The notes under the pieces were generated by a model that saw only the letters and a list, made by a program, of their open reading frames with translations, was not told the DNA's origin and searched no databases. Positions 1-6,447 of a stretch of DNA of 15,742 nt are shown piece after piece. A program made the translations under genes and the position numbers. Source of the DNA: Candidatus Heimdallarchaeota archaeon (lineage in GTDB: Archaea > Asgardarchaeota > Heimdallarchaeia > Heimdallarchaeales > Heimdallarchaeaceae); the NCBI GenBank assembly GCA_030668875.1, contig DAOVER010000060.1, positions 1 through 15,742 of the forward strand. The letters run 5' to 3'. Numbering within the stretch: the stretch's first letter is position 1; the number at the start of each line of letters is the position of its first letter.

Positions 1-372
1 CTTCGCCTGCTGACTGGTAAAGATGGCCACTACTTCCCCGTCCTTTTTTTTGTAGCTAGGTGGCCTAGGCATGGCAAAAAACAAGGTAGGATCATTTTTC
101 CACTCTTGTTTAGCTCGGAAAAAGCTCTTCCAGGTTCTAGAAAGAAGTTTGAGTGTCTGTTGGGCAACATGAGCCGGGAGGACACGGTAGCACCCCTCCT
201 GTTTCAATTGTCTATCAAGATCGTAGTAAAAGAGAAGTTTGTTTGTTTGCTTCAAAGAGGTTTTTATCAGAAAATTTGCTCGATTATAGAGATTTTTTGC
301 TTGATGACAGATTCTGCTCAGTGCTGGATGATACTCCACTTCTATACGTTCTGCACGCAGTACCTTTGCCAT
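1..372 (-). CDS. tnpB: RNA-guided endonuclease TnpB, N-terminal 124 aa (3' part runs off the window start); not in the supplied ORF track
   Basis: Manual translation from ATG at 372-370 is open to position 1: MAKVLRAERIEVEYHPALSRICHQAKNLYNRANFLIK...MPRPPSYKKKDGEVVAIFTSQQAK. It has 14 aa differences over 123 aa from the TnpB at the right end. Confidence 0.93.
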   Translation of the reverse strand, partial: MAKVLRAERIEVEYHPALSRICHQAKNLYNRANFLIKTSLKQTNKLLFYYDLDRQLKQEGCYRVLPAHVAQQTLKLLSRTWKSFFRAKQEWKNDPTLFFAMPRPPSYKKKDGEVVAIFTSQQAK

Positions 373-394
373 CCATAGTTAACCCAGAGTTCAC

Positions 395-402
395 TATAAA
401 AA
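395..402 (-). promoter_or_regulatory. Putative TATA box for a leaderless tnpB transcript
   Basis: Minus strand reads TTTTTATA ending 22 nt before the ATG at 372, typical archaeal leaderless spacing; no SD motif seen. Confidence 0.5.
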
Positions 403-444
403 CACCTGTACTATCTCTCACTCTTACTCGATTTCCAACCTAAG

Positions 445-467
445 AAGACAGAAAGACAAAAGGATAT
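445..467. repeat. Imperfect inverted repeat, left copy (partner at 14429-14451)
   Basis: AAGACAGAAAGACAAAAGGATAT versus the reverse complement of 14429-14451, AAGACAAGAAGACAAATGGACAT: 19/23 identical. Both contain AAGACA twice with an 8-nt period. Confidence 0.7.
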
Positions 468-1310
468 TCATAATTGACACTTAGGGCAATAGAAAGTACT
501 TCTTTTGTCTTGTACAACTCTCCTTATTTCACTCCCACAATTACTACACTTTCCACCTTTTTTCCCATATACTTGGTGCCAGTTCTGTGCCGACCCCTCT
601 CCCCCATCAGGAGTTCTGAATGAGTTAAACGTGCTACCCATGTATTCTACTGCTTTGTGGAGTGTTTTAGAGATAGCATAGCCTAGTTTGCTCCGTTCTT
701 TATCTGTTAATGCACTTACCAGCTTGGTAGGATTAATGTTTGCTAATGCCAAAGATTCTGATTTGTAGATATTTCCTATACCAGCAACTAATTTCTGGTC
801 AAGAAGAACAGAACCTATCTCTCGGTTTGCGTAATTTCTCTTATCTATTCGTAGAAGAAATTCATCGATAGGAAAAGTATCCAAAAGTCCATCTATACCC
901 ATCTTGCGAATTGGTTGATGCTGAAGCACAGAATTATAGTCTTCATACATTTTGAATTGTCCAAAATTTCTCATATCAGAAAAAACCGCACTTGGTAATG
1001 TGTCAAATTCTATTAACACCTTAGGGTGTGAAGGTAAAATCTGGTCTTTCCTCCTTAATAGAAGCCAGTTGCCAGACATTCCTAGATGATTCAGAATAAC
1101 CTCTTTCTTATCAAACCTAAAAATCAGAAACTTTCCAATCCGTTCTATTTCCTTTATTTGATGTCCGTTAAACTGATCAAATTGAATTTGTTTATTTTGA
1201 TATTTTTGATACTTCTGGGAAAGTTCAGTTAGATGGATTCTTTGAATTTTTCTCCCAACAATCGTTTTCAAAGAACGTCTTACACATTCAACTTCTGGTC
1301 CTTCTGGCAT
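468..1310 (-). CDS. mutM: Fpg/Nei family DNA glycosylase/AP lyase (formamidopyrimidine-DNA glycosylase-like)
   Basis: N-terminal MPEGPEV (catalytic Pro2/Glu3), GKFLIF, HLGMSG, H2TH motif LLDQKLVAGIGNIYKSE, and C-terminal zinc finger CSNC...YCPKCQ. Confidence 0.93.
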   Translation of the reverse strand: MPEGPEVECVRRSLKTIVGRKIQRIHLTELSQKYQKYQNKQIQFDQFNGHQIKEIERIGKFLIFRFDKKEVILNHLGMSGNWLLLRRKDQILPSHPKVLIEFDTLPSAVFSDMRNFGQFKMYEDYNSVLQHQPIRKMGIDGLLDTFPIDEFLLRIDKRNYANREIGSVLLDQKLVAGIGNIYKSESLALANINPTKLVSALTDKERSKLGYAISKTLHKAVEYMGSTFNSFRTPDGGEGSAQNWHQVYGKKGGKCSNCGSEIRRVVQDKRSTFYCPKCQL

Positions 1311-1819
1311 CTAATTAACTCCTTGATATTATTCGCGAATTTTTCTCTATTTTGCAGATTAATTTCGATAATTTTTGTATCGCTTCGTAATTTGATTTTC
1401 TTTGTGAAATCATTATCCTTTAGCATAATAGTCCCAAGAACCTTTTTCTGATTAAGGGCACTCATAACAAAATCCTTGAAGGATTGTGAAAAAAGTTCCA
1501 TTTTCCCAATTTCATCAATAATAATCAATTTTGGCATCTCTTTTTCTATTTCTTCTTCCAGTTTGCTGACTATGAAGTTTAGGTTATCCAAATAAACACC
1601 ATACCTTCCCACCCTATACTTGCTATCTAAATTTTTCTTAGAAGCTAGAATTTTTTTAATGCCTGAACAAGTCTCAATTGTAAAACCTGTTCTAATATTC
1701 TTCTCTCTTATTTCATTTGTAAGGAAACCAATTACCCTAATATTGAGATTTGATATGATGGTTGAAATTAGAGTAGTTTTCCCCGTTCTCGGAGCTCCTG
1801 TCACAAGAATATTTGTCAT
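1280..1819 (-). CDS. NTPase_1 family (THEP1/HCR-NTPase-like) nucleoside triphosphatase
   Basis: Walker A GAPRTGKT, VGRYGV, and Walker B IIIDEIGKMELFS. Start reassigned to ATG 1819-1817 because of a GGTGA SD at 1828-1824. Its 3' end overlaps the fpg start by 31 nt. Confidence 0.9.
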   Translation of the reverse strand: MTNILVTGAPRTGKTTLISTIISNLNIRVIGFLTNEIREKNIRTGFTIETCSGIKKILASKKNLDSKYRVGRYGVYLDNLNFIVSKLEEEIEKEMPKLIIIDEIGKMELFSQSFKDFVMSALNQKKVLGTIMLKDNDFTKKIKLRSDTKIIEINLQNREKFANNIKELIRCQKDQKLNV

Positions 1820-1958
1820 ATGTTCACCCAAAAGATTAGAGAAGATTCTTGGTTCTATATACAATTCTTTATTCTCATTCTTAAAAAGTCTTATAAATCT
1901 GGTTTATTACTTTTTTCAAAAGTTAAAGAGAATACTCCGACACTCGAGTGTGATTAAA

Positions 1959-2702
1959 ATGAGCAAAGATTTCAGAGGAGTAACAATAGATAGACGCATT
2001 GATTTAAAAGGTAAATCTATTGTCCGCTATGAAAAACATGGGAGGCGTTATGAATTACTTGTTAATCCCGAACCAGCTTGGTTATTTGTCCAAGGTGAAG
2101 AAGTGGTAATCGACGACATCTTTGAAGTATATATTGTCTATGAGAACATTTCTCGAGGGGTTAAATCTACACAAGATGATTTGAATGTAGCTTTTGAAGG
2201 ATTAACAGAGAGAGAAATAGCTATTAAGATTCTTAAAGAAGGTAAGTTACAGTTAACAATAAATCAACGAAATGAGATCCTAAAAGACAAGAGAGTTGAG
2301 ATAGTAGATTTTATTCACATTCATTGTATCAACCCACGTGAAAACACACCAATTCCAAAAGATAGAATTGAAAATGCAATTCTTGACCTAGGTGTTAATA
2401 TTTCATACAAGGATGATGTAAAAAGTCAGGCATTAGAAGTCATTGATTTATTGAAACCTATTATGCCTATTAGACTTGAATCAGTGAAGTTAGCTGTAAA
2501 AATTCCCCCAAGTTATACAGGATCATTATATGGTTATTTAATTTCTGCTGGTAATCTTGTTCAAGAAGAATGGTTATCTGATGGCAGTTTAGCCGTTGTT
2601 GTTAATATCCCCTCAGGAACTCAAGCTGATTTCTTAGAGCAAATTACATCTAAAACAAAAGGCAAAGCTCAAGTTAAAGTTTTGGAAAGAATGTCGGAAT
2701 AG
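1959..2702 (+). CDS. sdo1: Ribosome maturation factor SBDS/Sdo1
   Basis: RYELLVNP, ILKEGKLQLT..QR, INPRENTPIPKDRIENA, LKPIMPIRLE, and a C-terminal EEWLSDGSL RRM-like domain. Start reassigned to ATG 1959 (GTGA upstream). Canonical position upstream of rrp4. Confidence 0.93.
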   Translation: MSKDFRGVTIDRRIDLKGKSIVRYEKHGRRYELLVNPEPAWLFVQGEEVVIDDIFEVYIVYENISRGVKSTQDDLNVAFEGLTEREIAIKILKEGKLQLTINQRNEILKDKRVEIVDFIHIHCINPRENTPIPKDRIENAILDLGVNISYKDDVKSQALEVIDLLKPIMPIRLESVKLAVKIPPSYTGSLYGYLISAGNLVQEEWLSDGSLAVVVNIPSGTQADFLEQITSKTKGKAQVKVLERMSE

Positions 2703-2724
2703 AAAAACAAAAAGGTGATATTAC

Positions 2725-3414
2725 ATGTCTAAAGTTATAGCAAAGAATCATGCGATAGTTATACCAGGTGATCTTTTAGCTGAGGGACCAATTAATTTTG
2801 GAGAAGGAATTGTTAAAAGAAATGGTGAATATTACTCCTCAGTAGTTGGTTTATTTCAGGATAAAGGCGATTTTATCCAAGTTAAAGCACTCAGAGGAAA
2901 ATATATCCCTCGACCTGGTGATTTAGTTATAGGAAAAGTCACAGAAGTTAGCTTAACAAGTTGGATTGTTGACATAGGTTCGCCATATACAGCAATACTT
3001 AGTGCCAATAATGCAACCGAAAAACGCTTCGACCCAATTAAGGATGATGCTAGAAAAATCTTCGATTTAGGTGATATAATTCTCACAAAAATTGCAAGTT
3101 TTGATAGAACACGAGATCCCATGCTAATCACAAATGAAAGAGGATTAGGGAAACTACGAGGGGGACGATTAATAGAAATAGAAGCCTCTCACATACCCCG
3201 TGTTATTGGTAAAAAGGGTACTATGATCAATATGATCAAAAGATTAACTAGAACCCAGATAATAACAGGTCAAAATGGGAGAATATGGGTTAATGGAAAG
3301 AAGATAGAAGATGAATTGAAAGCAATTCAAGCAATAACAAAAATTGAGTTAGAAGCTCATACACAAGGTTTGACTGATAGAATTCGTGAGATGATATCAG
3401 AGGACCAACAATAA
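2725..3414 (+). CDS. rrp4: Exosome cap subunit Rrp4 (S1 + KH domains)
   Basis: VIPGDLL, YIPRPGDLVIGKV (S1), FDRTRDP, GLGKLRGG, KH motif IPRVIGKKGTMI and GQNGRIW; GGTGA SD at 2714-2718. Confidence 0.95.
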   Translation: MSKVIAKNHAIVIPGDLLAEGPINFGEGIVKRNGEYYSSVVGLFQDKGDFIQVKALRGKYIPRPGDLVIGKVTEVSLTSWIVDIGSPYTAILSANNATEKRFDPIKDDARKIFDLGDIILTKIASFDRTRDPMLITNERGLGKLRGGRLIEIEASHIPRVIGKKGTMINMIKRLTRTQIITGQNGRIWVNGKKIEDELKAIQAITKIELEAHTQGLTDRIREMISEDQQ

Positions 3415-3430
3415 ATTTAAGGTGATTACA

Positions 3431-4297
3431 ATGGCCGGAGACGGAACTGTAAAACTCATAGATGAGAAAGGAATAAGGTTAGATGGACGTAAAGCAGATG
3501 AGCTACGTCCTGTAAGTATTAAGATTGGCGTTATTAAAAACGCGAATGGTTCTGCAGAAATACGAATGGGTAAAAACATAATTATTGCTGCAGTTTATGG
3601 TCCAAGAGAATTACATCCAAAACACAGAGCACTTGCAGATAGAGCATTAATTCAGTGTTTTTATAGAATGTCTACATTTTCAGTAAACGACAGGAAAAGT
3701 CCAGCTCCCTCAAGGAGAGAAAAAGAAATTTCCATGGTTATCAGCAATTCATTATCATCTGTTGTTCTGACAGAGAAATATCCAAGAACAACAATTGATG
3801 TATATTTGCAAGTGTTGCAAGCTGATGGAGGAACTAGAACTGCAAGCTTAACAGCTGCCTCTGTAGCCTTAGCTGATGCCGGTATTCCTATGAAAGGATT
3901 GATAGCTTCTGTAGCAGCTGGTTTAATCAATGATCAGGTTGTTCTTGATTTGTTTGACATCGAAGATCAGAAGGGTTCAGGTGACTTGCCACTTGGATAT
4001 TGTCCTGTACTTGATGAAATTTCTCTCCTTCAATTAGATGGAGTGTTTACTGTTAAACAATTTGAGGATAGTTTAAACATTGCAATCAAAGGAGCTAAGG
4101 ATCTTTATGAAATACAAAGAGATGCTCTTAAGCAAAAATATACAGATATTCGTGCAGAAGTAGAAGTTCCTGAAAAACCCAAAGCTGAGGAACCTAAAGT
4201 GGAACCAAAGGTTGTTCCCAAACCAGTATTAAAGGTTGAAAAACCTAAAACTGAGGAACCAAAACCTAGCGAAGATGATAAAAGAGAGGTTGAATAA
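3431..4297 (+). CDS. rrp41: Exosome core subunit Rrp41 (RNase PH fold) with a Lys/Glu/Pro-rich C-terminal tail
   Basis: RLDGRKADELRP, AVYGPRE, SPAPSRRE, phosphate-binding QADGGTRTA and acidic DIEDQKGSGD. Start at ATG 3431 after a GGTGA SD at 3421-3425. Confidence 0.96.
   Translation: MAGDGTVKLIDEKGIRLDGRKADELRPVSIKIGVIKNANGSAEIRMGKNIIIAAVYGPRELHPKHRALADRALIQCFYRMSTFSVNDRKSPAPSRREKEISMVISNSLSSVVLTEKYPRTTIDVYLQVLQADGGTRTASLTAASVALADAGIPMKGLIASVAAGLINDQVVLDLFDIEDQKGSGDLPLGYCPVLDEISLLQLDGVFTVKQFEDSLNIAIKGAKDLYEIQRDALKQKYTDIRAEVEVPEKPKAEEPKVEPKVVPKPVLKVEKPKTEEPKPSEDDKREVE
4172..4264 (+). repeat. 27-bp in-frame duplication in the Rrp41 tail (EKPKAEEPK / EKPKTEEPK)
   Basis: 4172-4198 versus 4238-4264: 24/27 identical. 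Confidence 0.8.
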
Positions 4298-4298
4298 A

Positions 4299-5108
4299 AT
4301 GGGTGATAAATACATAATTAGTGAAATAGAAAAAGACCACATCCTTTCATTGCTTGAGCAAAAGAAAAGAATAGATGGAAGAACATTTGATGGATTTCGA
4401 GATATTAAAATCGAAACAAATGTTGTGGAGAAAGCAGAGGGTTCAGCAATAGTTACTATTGGAGACACTAAAATTATTGTTGGAGTTAAAGCTGTCTTAG
4501 GAACTCCATTTCCAGATACCCCAGAGAGTGGAGTAATAACAACAGGTGCGGAACTTTCGCCAATTGCTTCGCCCTACTTTGAAAGTGGACCTCCAAGTGA
4601 GGCAGCCATTGAATTAGCTCGAGTTACTGATAGAACCATAAGAGAATCACATTGTGTTGATTTATCAAAATTATGCGTTGTTCCAGAAAAACATGTATGG
4701 ATCCTTTTCATTGATTTTTACGTGTTAAATCATGATGGTAATTTGTTTGATGTCGCTGCATTAGGTGCAATGGCTGCTTTAGCAACAACTAAAATACCTA
4801 AAGTAAAAGTTCTTGAAGATGGCTCTGTAGAAAAATCAGAAGAAAAAGAACAAATAAAAATAGAGCATTATCCTGTTGCTGTGACATGTTATAAAATTGA
4901 TAAATACAATGTTTATGATCCAAATTTCAAAGAAGATCGTGTAAGTGATTCAAGAATCACAATTGGTTTTGATGAAGAAGATAGAATCGTAGCTTTGCAG
5001 AAAGGATATCAAGGGACTTACAAACCTGCAGAGATTATGGAAATAGTCCGTGAATCTTTGAATGTATCGAAAGCTTTAAGGAAAGAGCTGATGAAATCGC
5101 TCTCGTAA
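4299..5108 (+). CDS. rrp42: Exosome core subunit Rrp42
   Basis: RIDGRTFDGFR, KAEGSAIV, PFPDTPESG, FESGPP, ELARVTDRTIRES and NHDGNLFD. Start reassigned to ATG 4299, 1 nt after the rrp41 stop, with a GAGGT SD at 4286-4290. Confidence 0.95.
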   Translation: MGDKYIISEIEKDHILSLLEQKKRIDGRTFDGFRDIKIETNVVEKAEGSAIVTIGDTKIIVGVKAVLGTPFPDTPESGVITTGAELSPIASPYFESGPPSEAAIELARVTDRTIRESHCVDLSKLCVVPEKHVWILFIDFYVLNHDGNLFDVAALGAMAALATTKIPKVKVLEDGSVEKSEEKEQIKIEHYPVAVTCYKIDKYNVYDPNFKEDRVSDSRITIGFDEEDRIVALQKGYQGTYKPAEIMEIVRESLNVSKALRKELMKSLS

Positions 5109-5124
5109 CTAGAAGGTGCGAATC

Positions 5125-5406
5125 ATGGGTAAAACAAAAAAAGTTGGTTCAACTGGACGATATGGTACTCGATATGGCAGTACTATCAGAAAAAGAGTAA
5201 GACAATTAGAGGAAAAAAGCAAAGCCGTCTATAAATGTCCAGTATGTAATATGAAGACTTTAAAAAGAGCAGGTTTGGGAATCTGGGAGTGCACCAAGTG
5301 TGGAGAAAAACTCGCTGGTGGAGCTTGGGAACCCTATACAAGTGCTGGTAGAAGTATCACAAGAAGAGTTACTCGTATTTCTGAAGGATTAAAAGAAGAA
5401 CTTTAA
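5125..5406 (+). CDS. rpl37ae: 50S ribosomal protein L37ae (eL43)
   Basis: TKKVGSTGRYGTRYGSTIRK, C4 finger CPVC...CTKC, AGGAWEP. ATG 5125 follows an AGGTG SD. Confidence 0.97.
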   Translation: MGKTKKVGSTGRYGTRYGSTIRKRVRQLEEKSKAVYKCPVCNMKTLKRAGLGIWECTKCGEKLAGGAWEPYTSAGRSITRRVTRISEGLKEEL

Positions 5407-5407
5407 A

Positions 5408-5440
5408 TTCTTTTTTTATCTTTACTATTTTATTTTTTGT
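5408..5440 (+). terminator. Oligo-T archaeal intrinsic terminator after rpl37ae
   Basis: TTCTTTTTTTATCTTTACTATTTTATTTTTTGT immediately after the stop. Confidence 0.55.
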
Positions 5441-5484
5441 TTACAACGCTTACCTTTTAATTACTATGGGCTTTTTTTTCTCAA

Positions 5485-6033
5485 ATGGTAAAGATTGGTT
5501 TCACTACATCGCGTTCTCCTGCAAAGAAAACTCGCTCATTTATACATGATATAGTCAGTATTGTTCCCCAGTCTTCAAGAGTAGCAAGAGGATCAGCTAC
5601 TCTAGTTTATACAATTAATGCGATGAAAATGAAGGAATATGAAACTGCTGTTATAGTTCACTCTGTCAAAGGAAACCCTAATTTCGTGAGAATTTATGAC
5701 CTAACTGACAAACCTAAAGAATTGCCATTTGCAATAAAAATTAGAGGCTTAACACTTTCCAGAGAATATAGAAAAGAAAGCACTAGATCGAGACCAGTTT
5801 ATTCAATACTCATCTCTTCTTTAGAAAAATCATTTGAGAATGATATTCTTAGGAAAGTTTTTCAAATCACAAATATAGGGATTAATAAGATTAAAGGAAA
5901 AAACTACGTAACCCTATATGCTGACTATCTTGATCGAGACGAAGGGATAATTTTTCTTGAATTTCTGGACAATAATAACAAACAAGTAGGACCTAGGATG
6001 AAAATAAGAATTGTTCCGAGAGAGGTAGAATGA
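5485..6033 (+). CDS. Brix-domain ribosome biogenesis protein (Imp4/Rpf-like)
   Basis: N-terminal TTSRSPAKKTRSF, KGNP, C-terminal VGPRMKI motif; conserved position between rpl37ae and pcc1. Confidence 0.85.
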   Translation: MVKIGFTTSRSPAKKTRSFIHDIVSIVPQSSRVARGSATLVYTINAMKMKEYETAVIVHSVKGNPNFVRIYDLTDKPKELPFAIKIRGLTLSREYRKESTRSRPVYSILISSLEKSFENDILRKVFQITNIGINKIKGKNYVTLYADYLDRDEGIIFLEFLDNNNKQVGPRMKIRIVPREVE

Positions 6034-6060
6034 CACAACCATTGTAAATGTGAGAGAAGT

Positions 6061-6333
6061 ATGAGTCTTCAGTCAATAAACTCTATTAGTATGACAGTAA
6101 AAATCCAGGTGCTTGATAATCAAACATGTAATTTTCTTTATGATGCTCTTGTTCTAGAATCAGGTTATAATCCCAACGACAGAGCACAAGCTAATTTGAC
6201 AGTTCAGAATAATCTTTTAATTTTAGAAATATTCGCTAAGGATTCTGTATCTGCTAGAGCTTCAATCAACTCATTTATGAAATGGATTAATCTGTCTCTT
6301 CAAATTATTTCAATGACAAAAAATACAAATTAG
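6061..6333 (+). CDS. pcc1: KEOPS complex subunit Pcc1
   Basis: 90 aa with C-terminal LEIFAKDSVSARASINSFMKWINL, matching the Pcc1 'RAS.NS..RW' motif; canonical synteny. Confidence 0.85.
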   Translation: MSLQSINSISMTVKIQVLDNQTCNFLYDALVLESGYNPNDRAQANLTVQNNLLILEIFAKDSVSARASINSFMKWINLSLQIISMTKNTN

Positions 6334-6447
6334 TAACCCTGTTCTATCAATGAAGTTCACATTTATCTAATAGTGCCAGAATTTGAGAGAATTGAAAGCT
6401 AAGTTTTTATCCAAAAAAGATAAAATAAGGGGATTTTCCTTTATGAT

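Larger units (their letters stand above)
1..463 (-). mobile_element. tnpB-only (IS200/IS605/IS607 superfamily, IS1341-like) element, copy 1, left end
   Basis: Only about 95 bp separate the tnpB start from the fpg stop (468-470), so there is no room for an upstream tnpA. The boundary at 463 is inferred from the inverted-repeat match to the other copy's 3' flank. Confidence 0.65.

Noticed and set aside
1-368. First and last 368 nt align end to end, suggesting a circular element or terminal redundancy
   Set aside because: Only 88.6% identical with many synonymous changes. The exact end-to-end overlap follows trivially from two truncated paralogous copies.
106-443. Plus-strand ORFs 106-378 and 153-443
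   Set aside because: They are antisense shadows of the minus-strand tnpB and have no recognisable motifs.
1620-1958. 113-aa N-terminal extension of SBDS in the ORF track
   Set aside because: It overlaps the antisense NTPase gene and the divergent promoter region. SBDS similarity and an SD-like motif point to ATG 1959.
4236-4298. N-terminal extension of Rrp42 overlapping rrp41
   Set aside because: An SD motif and ATG at 4299, just after the rrp41 stop, give a normal-length Rrp42.
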